64,000 nucleotides of DNA from an uncultured Bacilli bacterium (GCA_944332675.1 CALVKJ010000001.1:5235-69234), one strand, 5' to 3'; shown: positions 9,204 to 19,246, counted from the stretch's first letter. Notes: a model not told the origin generated them from the sequence alone. Program-made: numbers and translations.

Positions 9204-10760
9204 TTATACTGTACTCTCAGGGAAAATATCTCCTCCAACATAAGTTTCAGAGTAAAAATAATCTTCATCATTAATTAAAAATAAAGAAATTAAATCAATT
9301 ATGGGATTTTCCGGAAGACTATTGATAAATCCATTGATATTTTCAGCAATTTCATTATAATCATCTTCAGTTAAATCACTAGCAGAAGTACAATTATCAT
9401 ATATCTTTATTGGCACTTCTACAGAAGCATTAATATCATAAGTAAAATCGATGCCTATTGTTGTACCAGAAATATCAAGTGTAATATTACCAGTAGAATT
9501 TATATTATTAGTACTAGTTATATTAGTCATAACCAAATCGACAACAATTGTATCGTAGTCAAATTTAACATTTAATGTAGCTTTGTCATCACTTTCTAAA
9601 GTACTAGTAATTTTTAATGTAAATGAAGGAGTTATAAAATTCAACTCAGCTGTATTTTCAGAATATGTACCAGATATTTGCCAATACTCTTTATTATCTA
9701 CTATCGATGTAATACTAAAGCTATCTTCATACATATCGATATCGGTATAATCTCCAGTAGTATCACTTATTCTAAATTTATTATCATTAATCCAGCTACC
9801 AGTGTAAGTTGTAACTGTTGTATCCCAAGTAAAGCCCACAATTTTTTTAGTAAAAACATTTACTTCAAAAGAGATTGTCATCGGAGCTATATCTTCGATA
9901 TTATCTTGCCAATTATCTCCCATAATTTGTGATAAAAATTTATTAAGTAAATTATCATTAACAAATAATTCCATTAATTTATCAGTAATTATTCCGCGGT
10001 TTTCTTCGTTAATTTCATATTGATAGATATTAGTAAGGCCTTTATTAATAGTAGACATTTCGGATAATTTTAAAGTATCGATAACATAACTAAAACAGTT
10101 AGTTATAATACTACCGTATTCATCAATATCAAATGTTAAATAGTCATCCTCATCAAAAATAGGTTCATCAATTGTTGTGGTTAAAACACTTGAAAATATA
10201 TTAGGAATATTTAAATAAGCGATGTCTTTGTTATAGTATATTTCTTCTGTATATATACTATTTTCGCCATTTAAAATGGCTATATCATAATAAGCAGTTT
10301 CATTATTAATATCTAAGTATGTATCAAAAGTAAAATCTAAATTTGTAAATTCTTCATACTCAGCAACATTCGATGTAAAATTTAGGCTTCCTACCATTTG
10401 ATATGGTTCATTAATATCAATTGTTGTTCCTTCATTATTTGCTGCAAATATTTCGTTTATCGCGGTACTAAAATCTTTAACACTATCATCCAAAAATTTT
10501 TCTGCTGTGAAAAAAACTTTAACATAAGCTAAAAACCCTAAGCCACCGACACCAAAGACAATGAGAATAACAATCAATACAGTAAATAAATGATTCTTTT
10601 TCTTCTTTTTTTTCTTTCTCTTTTTATTTTCATCACCTAAAATGTCATAAAATTCTTCAGTTACTTCTTCATCAGTATTATAATTTTTAGGATCAATCAG
10701 ATTATTATCTTCTTTTTCAATAGATTGTAAATTATATCCATACAACATTTTTTTCTTCAT
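9204..10760 (-). CDS. membrane-anchored extracytoplasmic protein, unknown function (518 aa)
   Basis: Poly-Lys cytoplasmic N-terminus (KKRKKKKKKKN) followed by a single TM helix and a large T/N/D/Y-rich ectodomain; no known motif. Confidence 0.5.
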   Translation of the reverse strand: MKKKMLYGYNLQSIEKEDNNLIDPKNYNTDEEVTEEFYDILGDENKKRKKKKKKKNHLFTVLIVILIVFGVGGLGFLAYVKVFFTAEKFLDDSVKDFSTAINEIFAANNEGTTIDINEPYQMVGSLNFTSNVAEYEEFTNLDFTFDTYLDINNETAYYDIAILNGENSIYTEEIYYNKDIAYLNIPNIFSSVLTTTIDEPIFDEDDYLTFDIDEYGSIITNCFSYVIDTLKLSEMSTINKGLTNIYQYEINEENRGIITDKLMELFVNDNLLNKFLSQIMGDNWQDNIEDIAPMTISFEVNVFTKKIVGFTWDTTVTTYTGSWINDNKFRISDTTGDYTDIDMYEDSFSITSIVDNKEYWQISGTYSENTAELNFITPSFTLKITSTLESDDKATLNVKFDYDTIVVDLVMTNITSTNNINSTGNITLDISGTTIGIDFTYDINASVEVPIKIYDNCTSASDLTEDDYNEIAENINGFINSLPENPIIDLISLFLINDEDYFYSETYVGGDIFPESTV

Positions 10761-10845
10761 TACGCTACCTCTTTAATTCTTATATTCATTATACCATTAA
10801 TGTTATAATAAGTCATTAAAAAACTAATGTTTTAGCATTAGTTAA

Positions 10846-11667
10846 TTAGGCTGGTTCACTACTTACCCAGTAATAAGAATCTCCGGATTTTTGATAAGTA
10901 TGTTTATATAGTGTTCCATACTTCTTTAAAAAACTATAATCCATTTTGGCATCAGCATCGTATTTTTCGCTACAAGTATCATTTAAAGTTGAATCAACAT
11001 ATGAAGTGTAGCACTCATTATTAACTACTTTTAAGAAATAATCGTAAATAATTATTTCATCATCGCTTTGAGTAACATTTCTAATTGTTCTAAAAGTATG
11101 AGGTTCTCCACCAAATGTAGCGGTATATTCTTCAGCAAGGCCACAATAATAAAAGCCATCTTCATAATAACAAATAGTAGTTTCATTATATTGGAAAGGA
11201 TCGTATGATTCTATATCTTTTCCATACATTTCTTTATATTTAGAATTAATTTCATCGCTAGATACTTTAGTTAGGGTACATACATCATCTTCATAGTTAT
11301 CAGTTGCAAATGTTATGTTTTCTCCGACACTACAAGTGTTATTTTTTTGTGCTTTATCGACCTTTAACATTGAGGAATCATCAAGTTCTAGTAAACTATA
11401 GGCACTGCAAATACGCATACTATTTTCAATATCATCAAAAGTTATTTCATCTTCAGCATATGTTGCAAGACCACTACATACTTCTAAATCGTTATTACCT
11501 AAATAAGTATATAACTCAGTAACTAGTTCGCTATCAGCATCTAATGATCTACCTTTAAATATCAATATTAAGACTATTATAAGGACTATTATTAAAAGAA
11601 CTATTAATCCCAAAATTATATTTTTCTTATTTAATGTTTTTTTAGTATCACTACTTTTTTTCTTCAT
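10846..11667 (-). CDS. membrane-anchored Cys-rich secreted protein, unknown function
   Basis: N-terminal signal anchor, 9 Cys in the ectodomain; 273 aa. Confidence 0.5.
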   Translation of the reverse strand: MKKKSSDTKKTLNKKNIILGLIVLLIIVLIIVLILIFKGRSLDADSELVTELYTYLGNNDLEVCSGLATYAEDEITFDDIENSMRICSAYSLLELDDSSMLKVDKAQKNNTCSVGENITFATDNYEDDVCTLTKVSSDEINSKYKEMYGKDIESYDPFQYNETTICYYEDGFYYCGLAEEYTATFGGEPHTFRTIRNVTQSDDEIIIYDYFLKVVNNECYTSYVDSTLNDTCSEKYDADAKMDYSFLKKYGTLYKHTYQKSGDSYYWVSSEPA

Positions 11668-11684
11668 ACTACTTTTTACCTTTC

Positions 11685-12455
11685 TTAAACTTTTCTTGAT
11701 TGAATTTCAGCGATTTTTTCAAATACTTCTCCAGCATTACTAGCGTTTATATCACTATAACCGAGTTCTCGCAAAGCTTGTATTTTAACGGTATTAAGTT
11801 GTTGAGTTCTGCTTAATTTTTCTTCATTTTTTTGTTCTATTTCTTGAATAAAACGCTTATGGCTTTCTGCTAACTTACTCTTACTTGCTCCACCATTGTT
11901 ATAAAGGGTTAAAGCTGAATAAAGTATTCCTTCAAAAATGAATTGGCGATCTTCATCAAAAGCAAATTCATCAGGCTTTATAAAGCCGTTTGATTTAGCC
12001 ATATATCCTAAAATATATTTTATTTCGGGAATGTTATCCATTGATTGAAGCATATAATACATATACTTTATACTAGCGCTTTCCGATGGATCATCATCTT
12101 CTAATTTTTCTTTTAACAAAAAGATAAAATCATTAAGTAAAGTTTTATTTTCTTTTGAAAGGCCACTAAAGTCAATACAAGAATCTAGTGAACCAGTAGA
12201 TTTTATAGCTGAATTCAAGCGTTTTTCTACTCCCATTAAATATTCAGTATCAACGACAATCTTTTTGATTGATGCTTCAGAACCATCCTTAATGTCTAGA
12301 AGTTGCAATAATAATACTTTCTTTTCTTTAGGCCATTTATCTAAGCTATCTAAAACTAAATAATTATAAACCATTTGGCGGCTTACTCCTAAATATTTAG
12401 CTAACTTTACTTTTGATAATCCAAGTTCTTGTAATAATTCATTTAATCTATCCAT
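11685..12455 (-). CDS. XRE-family helix-turn-helix transcriptional regulator with an uncharacterised C-terminal domain
   Basis: N-terminus LQELGLSKVKLAKYLGVSRQMVYNYL is a canonical HTH_XRE. Confidence 0.6.
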   Translation of the reverse strand: MDRLNELLQELGLSKVKLAKYLGVSRQMVYNYLVLDSLDKWPKEKKVLLLQLLDIKDGSEASIKKIVVDTEYLMGVEKRLNSAIKSTGSLDSCIDFSGLSKENKTLLNDFIFLLKEKLEDDDPSESASIKYMYYMLQSMDNIPEIKYILGYMAKSNGFIKPDEFAFDEDRQFIFEGILYSALTLYNNGGASKSKLAESHKRFIQEIEQKNEEKLSRTQQLNTVKIQALRELGYSDINASNAGEVFEKIAEIQSRKV

Positions 12456-12515
12456 AATTCACAACCTTCTTTATTTACACATTAATTATACATAACTTAA
12501 CACTTAAAATCAAGA

Positions 12516-13628
12516 CTAGTTTTGTAAATACCACAAATTAGTATTTTCTAGTCGGACACTTTTAATGAAACCACAACCTAAACATTCTTCTCCCAAGTAT
12601 AAAACACAAGCTTGACCTGGTGTAACCGCTTTAGCAAGTCCAGGATATTTTACAACTATATTACCATTTTCTAAATAGACTAATTCTACGGCGTGATCAG
12701 TATCGCGATAACGAAATTTAGCAGTACAGAAAGTGGGTCTTAGACCGGAGATAAAATTAACATTTTCAATTTCACATTCATCAGACATTAAATATTTGTT
12801 ATCTTCCCCAAAAGCTACATACAATATATTATCCTTAACACTTTTACCACAAACATAATGCCTTTGTTCATTACCACTGATGCCGACATTTCTTCTTTGA
12901 CCGATAGTATAATTCATTAAACCAGTATGAGTACCAATTACTTCTTTAGTTTCGACATCAACAATTGGACCAGGATTAGGTTTTAAATAGTTTTCAATAA
13001 ACTTTTGATAATTACGTTCACCGATAAAACAAATACCAGTTGAATCTTTTTTGTGAGCAACATTTAAATTGTTATCTAAAGCAATCTTTCTTATTTCGGG
13101 TTTAGTATAATCTCCGATTGGGAATAATACATTACGGAAATTTTGCGGAGGTACATCCGCTAAAAAGTAGGTTTGATCTTTATTTAGATCAACTGCCCGA
13201 AGTAGTTTTCCATCCTTAATACGAGCGTAATGACCAGTAGCAACATAATCTGCCCCAAGTTTTTTAGCTTCTTTGATAAATAAATCAAATTTAATAAATT
13301 TATTGCATAATAAATCCGGATTAGGTGTTCTACCCTTTTTTAGTTCTTCTAAAAAGTAAGTAAAAACATAATCCCAGTATTCTTTAACAAAATCGACGCG
13401 ATGAAGTTTTATTCCTAATTCTTTACATAATTCTAAAGCATCATTATAGTCTTGTTCTTGCGGACAAATATCCATTAAACTATTAGGGTTCCCTAGGACA
13501 TCACCGTTAATCGTCGAATCCCAATTGCGCATAAATAAGCCTTCGACTTCATAGCCTTCTTTTTTAAGAAGCAAGGCTGCAACTGCAGAATCTACTCCAC
13601 CACTTATACCAACAATAACTTTTTCCAT
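12516..13628 (-). CDS. mnmA: tRNA-specific 2-thiouridylase
   Basis: PP-loop VGISGGVDSAVAA, MnmA-typical GLFMRNWD, conserved Cys pattern; 370 aa. Confidence 0.93.
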   Translation of the reverse strand: MEKVIVGISGGVDSAVAALLLKKEGYEVEGLFMRNWDSTINGDVLGNPNSLMDICPQEQDYNDALELCKELGIKLHRVDFVKEYWDYVFTYFLEELKKGRTPNPDLLCNKFIKFDLFIKEAKKLGADYVATGHYARIKDGKLLRAVDLNKDQTYFLADVPPQNFRNVLFPIGDYTKPEIRKIALDNNLNVAHKKDSTGICFIGERNYQKFIENYLKPNPGPIVDVETKEVIGTHTGLMNYTIGQRRNVGISGNEQRHYVCGKSVKDNILYVAFGEDNKYLMSDECEIENVNFISGLRPTFCTAKFRYRDTDHAVELVYLENGNIVVKYPGLAKAVTPGQACVLYLGEECLGCGFIKSVRLENTNLWYLQN

Positions 13629-13652
13629 AACACATCACATACTAAGTATACC

Positions 13653-14231
13653 TTAATTTAGTAAAAAATTAAAGATGGTAATGAGATGAGAAGCTCCAAA
13701 ATATAAAATAATATCACTTATAAAGATAATAGCAATACAAATAAGGATTCTTTTAATTAATAAATTTAGATTCTCCTTATTTATTTTTTCCTTATTAAAG
13801 AGTCTTTTTAACATTATTAGACTTATTTTTAAGAGTGATACAACAATAATTATTAAAAAGAACAAATATATTCCTTTTGTAATAATTATATAAATAATAC
13901 CGTATAGTAAGCCTTTTATGCCAAATATTTCTATTAAAGACATCAAAGTAAAGCCAATGCTAAAGCCATTATAGAAAACAAAAAATAAAACTAATGGAAT
14001 ACCAATAATAAAAAGACTTAATAAAAATAATGAGGAAAGAATAAGTACGTGGGGAATTATATTATTGATATTAGCTCCTTTAATTCTTTGGATCCACTCA
14101 TTAATATTTAAAAAGATAATATCTTTACTTGCTTCATCTAAATAAATTAAGAAAATTATCCCTAAAACTGAACCTATAGCAAAAATGATTCCTAAAAATA
14201 GATAAATCTTCTTATTTAAGCTTGTCCACAT
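13653..14231 (-). CDS. polytopic membrane protein, possibly DUF95/SpoIIM-like
   Basis: 5-6 TM helices, size ~190 aa; the family assignment is weak. Confidence 0.4.
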   Translation of the reverse strand: MWTSLNKKIYLFLGIIFAIGSVLGIIFLIYLDEASKDIIFLNINEWIQRIKGANINNIIPHVLILSSLFLLSLFIIGIPLVLFFVFYNGFSIGFTLMSLIEIFGIKGLLYGIIYIIITKGIYLFFLIIIVVSLLKISLIMLKRLFNKEKINKENLNLLIKRILICIAIIFISDIILYFGASHLITIFNFLLN

Positions 14232-14309
14232 ATTATCACCACTTAAGTATATTGAAAAATTAATAAAAATATGATAAATTATTGTTATATATTTAAGGAG
14301 TGATTAGTT

Positions 14310-14402
14310 ATGAATAAAAAAGCGCAAAAGATTGCAGCTTGGATTATGTTACTTTTAATGATCGGTAGTGTTGTTGCAGGTATACTTGTTTACTTAATCT
14401 AG
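14310..14402 (+). CDS. small hydrophobic peptide (30 aa), single TM
   Basis: ATG at 14310 with SD AAGGAG at 14295-14300 (9-nt spacing); MNKKAQKIAAWIMLLLMIGSVVAGILVYLI; stop overlaps the 3' end of the convergent prepilin peptidase gene. Confidence 0.35.
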   Translation: MNKKAQKIAAWIMLLLMIGSVVAGILVYLI

Positions 14403-15205
14403 AAATTGAAAAGAAAATCTAAAAGCAACAAGAATTTATCATAATGATAAAAGACAATAAATAATGAACCCGCTAGGAAAGGACCATACGGAAATTCATT
14501 ATTTTTTTTAATTTCTAAAGATGCTAAAGCATAAGGTAAGGCAACAAAAGTTGATAGTATTATAGCAGTAAGACCTAACTTGAAATCAAGTATTAACCCC
14601 ATTATAAATGCTAGTTTTATATCTCCTCCCCCTAAAGCTTCTTTTTTAAATAAAAATTTACCCAGTTGGAAAAGCAAAAGCATTACACAAAATAAAGCGA
14701 TACCTGATGCAATACTTATTAAAGTGGGTTTAAAGCCATAGAAAATCAATTTTAAAATAATTACTAGAATGCCAGAAATAATTAATGGTGAATCTAAAAT
14801 AATCATATATTTAAAATCACTTACAAAGATAATTATAAGTAAAGAACTAATAATTAGGCCCACATAAAAATAATAACCAGCTGGTAAATAATAGTAAGTA
14901 AAGACAAATAAAAGGCCAGTAGCTATTTCAACAATGATATGTTCACCAGCAATTTTTTTATGACAAAATGTACATTTTCCGCTTTGGAAGACATAAGAAA
15001 AAATAGGTATTAAATTATACCATTTTAAGGGTTTGCCACAAGAATCACACTTGCTTCTGGAAAATAAGACATCTTCACCTTTAGGAAGTCTTGTGCCAAC
15101 AACTAAGTAAAAAGAACCCAAAATAGCTCCGATGAAAAATATTAATACTGCCATAAAATCCCCTACTCTATGAAATTTGGTTATACATACTAAACATTGG
15201 GCCAA
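14399..15205 (-). CDS. type IV prepilin peptidase (A24 family, PilD/ComC-like)
   Basis: N-terminal tetracysteine zinc ribbon CDSCGKP...CTFCHKK and a conserved GGGDIKL catalytic-region motif. Confidence 0.88.
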   Translation of the reverse strand: MAQCLVCITKFHRVGDFMAVLIFFIGAILGSFYLVVGTRLPKGEDVLFSRSKCDSCGKPLKWYNLIPIFSYVFQSGKCTFCHKKIAGEHIIVEIATGLLFVFTYYYLPAGYYFYVGLIISSLLIIIFVSDFKYMIILDSPLIISGILVIILKLIFYGFKPTLISIASGIALFCVMLLLFQLGKFLFKKEALGGGDIKLAFIMGLILDFKLGLTAIILSTFVALPYALASLEIKKNNEFPYGPFLAGSLFIVFYHYDKFLLLLDFLFNF

Positions 15206-16742
15206 TAACTGCTACAATAATTATACCAACAATAATTGCTAAGAAAGAAATCATAATTGGTTCGATAAATGATTTTAAGTTATTGATAATGTTTTTATGC
15301 AATAATTGATAATATTCACTTACCTTTTGCATCATATTAGCTAGATCTCCGGTTGATTCTCCAGTAACAATCATATAATAAGCAACATCTGGTATTGCCC
15401 AGTGATCTTTAAATGCTTCAGATATTTTTTCACCTTTGATAATATTGTTAATTGTACGATAAAGAATAGCACGATATACTTCATTATTAGTTATTCTACT
15501 TAAAATATCCATACTATCAGTAATAAAAACGTTATTACGTAAAAGCGATGCAAATGTTTTAGAAAATATAGTAAGTTCGTTATATATAATAATATTTTTA
15601 ATAACAGGAATGTGCATCAAAAATATTTGTAAAGTTGTTTTAAATGCTTTAACAGTTTTATAAAGTACAACAATAGTTATTATGGTTCCTAGAGTGATTC
15701 CAATAATTAAGAGATACTGACTTTGGAGGAAAGCACTAGCATCAACTACAATTTTAGTTATACCAGTTATTTCTGTACCATTTTGAGCATAAATATCAGT
15801 AAATTGCGGAACAATATAAGTTAAAATGAAAATGATAACACCAATTGCAAAAATGCTAATAATTGTAGGATAAGTCATAGCACTGATCATTTGCTTATGA
15901 TTTTCATTTATTTCAGTATAATAATTTGACATATCATCAAGAGTTTCTACTAAGGTACCACTTGCTTCAGCGGCTTTAATCATATTGATAAGAAGTGCAG
16001 GAAACATTGTTCCTTGTTTTTCTAGAGCACTTGAAAAAGATTCTCCTAGTGTTAGTTCATAGGAAATAGCTTTAAAAGCTGTAGTTCTTGCTTTACTACC
16101 TTTCATTTGCGTTGTTAGCACCTTTATAGATTCATTTAAAGTTAAACCAGCTTTAATATAAGTTGATAATTGAGTTAGCCAGAAAATTAGATCCTTAGTA
16201 GACATCTTTTTTCCTAAAAAACTTGAATCTTTATATACAAAATCAATAAATGGTGAAGTTTTAATACTATAAATATCATATCCTTCATTTATAAGATATG
16301 AATTAATATCTAACTTACTTAAACCATTCATAGTTCCAGTAATAATTCTTCCACTAGCATCTCTTACTTTATATAAATAAACGTGCGGAACTTTGCTTCT
16401 TGTTGCTCCAGCGTTTTGTAAGTCTAGCATTAATTCTTTTTTTTCTAATTCCAACTTTTCTAATGTTTTGGCACTATATTTATAAACTTTTTCTTTTTTA
16501 GGCTTTCTTTTCGTCATTTCATAGATTTTATCTTCTTCTTCCATTAGTTGTTGCTTAGTATGACGATAAGTTTTATCTACTTGGTAGCTAGCACCATTAT
16601 ATAAATTAACCCACAAATCAAAAAATGCTGCTTTAAAACCTACACCAGCATAAGCTAAAATGTTATACAAAACTACAAATGGGGTCTTTATTAACTCTAA
16701 AACATTATTTGATTTTGGAGCTTCATTTAATGTTTCTTGCAT
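15168..16742 (-). CDS. type II secretion / type IV pilus platform protein (GspF/PilC/ComGB family) with N-terminal extension
   Basis: Duplicated GspF-type domains (LTLGESFSSALEK..., TGESTGDLANMMQKVSEYY); an extra ~120-aa N-terminal region compared with typical PilC. Confidence 0.85.
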   Translation of the reverse strand: MQETLNEAPKSNNVLELIKTPFVVLYNILAYAGVGFKAAFFDLWVNLYNGASYQVDKTYRHTKQQLMEEEDKIYEMTKRKPKKEKVYKYSAKTLEKLELEKKELMLDLQNAGATRSKVPHVYLYKVRDASGRIITGTMNGLSKLDINSYLINEGYDIYSIKTSPFIDFVYKDSSFLGKKMSTKDLIFWLTQLSTYIKAGLTLNESIKVLTTQMKGSKARTTAFKAISYELTLGESFSSALEKQGTMFPALLINMIKAAEASGTLVETLDDMSNYYTEINENHKQMISAMTYPTIISIFAIGVIIFILTYIVPQFTDIYAQNGTEITGITKIVVDASAFLQSQYLLIIGITLGTIITIVVLYKTVKAFKTTLQIFLMHIPVIKNIIIYNELTIFSKTFASLLRNNVFITDSMDILSRITNNEVYRAILYRTINNIIKGEKISEAFKDHWAIPDVAYYMIVTGESTGDLANMMQKVSEYYQLLHKNIINNLKSFIEPIMISFLAIIVGIIIVAVIGPMFSMYNQIS

Positions 16743-16857
16743 TTTGCTACCTTCCTTTACTATAAATTAGTATACCAAAAAAATGCTCATACTACACTTA
16801 TTATTAATAAAGAAAAATAGACAATTTTCAGTTTTCTATTTTGATAATTTTCTTTTA

Positions 16858-17478
16858 CTAAATAACTATATTTTCTTTTAACCAATTTGTAAAATTAGCA
16901 ACATTTTCTATTTCAGTTATTTTGTGTTCAAGCATTTCGGCATAAGTTAAGTCATCTTTCCTATAAAAACTATTATCTATTGCTTTTAACACTTTATTTA
17001 TTTCATTCTTAAACTCTTCTTTTTTTTCATTATTATTACTTATATTTAGTGATAAAATAGTACTTAGATTTTTGAATAAAAATATATCTTCAGCTAATTC
17101 ATTTTTCAATATTTTTATGTTTTCATAACTTATTCTATTTTTATATCGATATTTTATTATATGATTGTGATACATTTGGCTATATTCTATTAAATTATAA
17201 TAATATATTTTAATAGCACAAACTAATCTATTTATAGTACTTTTATCATAGATATTTGTATCATTTTTTGTATTGCCACAAAGAATTCCTTCTTCTGCTG
17301 GTAACTCGATAATATCCAAATTCATATTTATAACTTCCAAGCTTTCATCATATAGTTTCCATAACTCCTTAGTTTCCTTTATATTTTCAGTATTTTTATA
17401 ATAATTAATAACTAGTATCAATAAAATCGCTATAATAATTATAGAAGATATACTTATAAAAATTAATTTCTTTTTCAT
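16858..17478 (-). CDS. signal-anchored protein of unknown function
   Basis: N-terminal TM anchor; in an operon upstream of the PilC-like gene. Confidence 0.45.
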   Translation of the reverse strand: MKKKLIFISISSIIIIAILLILVINYYKNTENIKETKELWKLYDESLEVINMNLDIIELPAEEGILCGNTKNDTNIYDKSTINRLVCAIKIYYYNLIEYSQMYHNHIIKYRYKNRISYENIKILKNELAEDIFLFKNLSTILSLNISNNNEKKEEFKNEINKVLKAIDNSFYRKDDLTYAEMLEHKITEIENVANFTNWLKENIVI

Positions 17479-17490
17479 ATTCTACTTAGA

Positions 17491-17970
17491 TTAAAATGTT
17501 TTTAAAAGTTCTACAACTTCTTCCGCTTGTAAAGGTTTATTTGTAAAGAATGCATATAAAATATTATCATATACAAAATATATACTTCTTGAAAAATCCA
17601 ATCTTTTATTTGGAGATGGTAGAAAAAATCCATATGTATTTATATTGCTTAGGTAAAATTCAGTTATTTCCGTGTCAATTCTTCTATTTTCCACTTCAAA
17701 ATTAGCATATTTATTTTTGGTTTCTTCACTTGCTTTTGATAATTCTTCGTTAAATTTATATTCATCTGTCGACCAACTTACTCCATTAGATATTTGATAT
17801 TCTCCGCTGTCAATTTCTGTTTCATACATCATTGTTAAGGCATTAGTGGTTAAAATATTGCTACTACTTTCATTTTTTAATATTATCTTATTCTTTAAAT
17901 TATTATTCGTATATAAACCAATAAAAGTAATTGCAATCATTATTAAAATGGCTAATATTATTTTCCTCAT
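17491..17970 (-). CDS. signal-anchored protein with a DUF4367-like C-terminal domain (unknown function)
   Basis: Probable start MRKII at 17970, preceded by SD GGAGG; the C-terminus FVYDNILYAFFTNKPLQAEEVVELL is shared with the protein at 62940-63671. Confidence 0.45.
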   Translation of the reverse strand: MRKIILAILIMIAITFIGLYTNNNLKNKIILKNESSSNILTTNALTMMYETEIDSGEYQISNGVSWSTDEYKFNEELSKASEETKNKYANFEVENRRIDTEITEFYLSNINTYGFFLPSPNKRLDFSRSIYFVYDNILYAFFTNKPLQAEEVVELLKTF

Positions 17971-18107
17971 AATGGCCTCCATACTATAATGAAATATTAG
18001 CACAAGCAAAAATTAAAAGATAGATTTAATATGTTACTATTGTAAAACTAGATATTTTAATATCAAATTAGTATCATATTTAATAGTTAGCAAAGGAGCG
18101 AGCTTGC

Positions 18108-18257
18108 GTGATTAATAGTCAAATTAGAATTCCAGAGGAATTATGGGATAAATTAAAAGAAATTAGTGAACAAGAAGAAAGAAGTATTAATGCTCAAATG
18201 GTTTATATTTTAAAGAAATATATTGAGGAATATGAAAAGAACAAAGAAGATAAATAG
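18108..18257 (+). CDS. small ribbon-helix-helix (Arc/MetJ/CopG-like) DNA-binding protein
   Basis: GTG start with SD AAGGAG (9 nt); 49 aa VINSQIRIPEELWDKLKEISEQEERSINAQMVYILKKYIEE, a typical RHH beta-strand plus two helices. Confidence 0.55.
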   Translation: MINSQIRIPEELWDKLKEISEQEERSINAQMVYILKKYIEEYEKNKEDK

Positions 18258-18346
18258 GTACTTTATAATCACTGAAATGCTGTAATTATTTACGGCTTTT
18301 TTATATAAAAAAAGAGCAATCAATTTGCCCTTATAACTCTAAACTT

Positions 18347-19246
18347 CTACTTAGAATCAATTATTTTCTTTACTTCATCTACACTTAAATTACTAGCTTT
18401 AGCTATATCTTCAATTGGTGTACCTATTTTATAGAAGTTTTTTATCATCTCTATTCTATTTTGCTCAATACCTTGCTCAATGCCCTGAGCCAATCCTTGA
18501 GCCATAATTTCTTTCTCAGCCAAACGAAGTCTAGTATTATATAACTTTTTTGCATCTTCTTCTGGAGTTATATCCCAAACAAAATCAGCATCACTATTAA
18601 GCCGCATTAATTCACCTTTATAAATACTTACTATATCATCACTTGGATAAAATAATTCTAAATTATCTTTATCTTCATCAAGCATTAATATATAGCGGTA
18701 TTTATCCCTTTCTTTAGAACTATTGTAACATACTCGCTTGATATTTTCTACAAATACATTCCAAATAGCAAAATTATCAATAATAACGCCATCTTCATCT
18801 TGCATATATGCCTTTGTCATTATTTTATCACTTCTATTATATGGGGAATAGCCAAAATTTATATTTACTTGAACACATAGAGTTTCAGTATCATAAGCTT
18901 CTCCTTTTCTAGTGTTTTGACTATAGAAACTACATAAAAACGCAAAATTTCTAACAGCTTTAGCAATATCATAATCATTTAGATTTATCTCAACGTTTAC
19001 ATATTTATCACTCACTTTTACTAAACAATCTAATACTTTCTTTCTGTCAATTACTTTTTCTAAAGGTTGCTCTACTGATAAGAATTCAATTACTTCTACT
19101 GCTTCTTCAAAAATTGTTTTTAATATGGCTTCCAGTATAATTTTTCCTTTTTCACCGCTATTAACTAAAGTTTTAAAAACACGATCATCAGAACCTGTAA
19201 GAAATTTAGGCTTATCACTAATTACTGTTGTTGGCAAGAATATCAC
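18347..19246 (-). CDS. Rpn-family recombination-promoting nuclease / putative transposase (YhgA-like PD-(D/E)XK) with C-terminal DUF4351
   Basis: Family-typical N-terminus (DKPKFLTGSDDRVFKTLV...VEINLNDYD) and a C-terminal DUF4351-like tail (AQGLAQGIEQGIEQNRIEMIKNFYKIG). Confidence 0.65.
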   Translation of the reverse strand: MIFLPTTVISDKPKFLTGSDDRVFKTLVNSGEKGKIILEAILKTIFEEAVEVIEFLSVEQPLEKVIDRKKVLDCLVKVSDKYVNVEINLNDYDIAKAVRNFAFLCSFYSQNTRKGEAYDTETLCVQVNINFGYSPYNRSDKIMTKAYMQDEDGVIIDNFAIWNVFVENIKRVCYNSSKERDKYRYILMLDEDKDNLELFYPSDDIVSIYKGELMRLNSDADFVWDITPEEDAKKLYNTRLRLAEKEIMAQGLAQGIEQGIEQNRIEMIKNFYKIGTPIEDIAKASNLSVDEVKKIIDSK

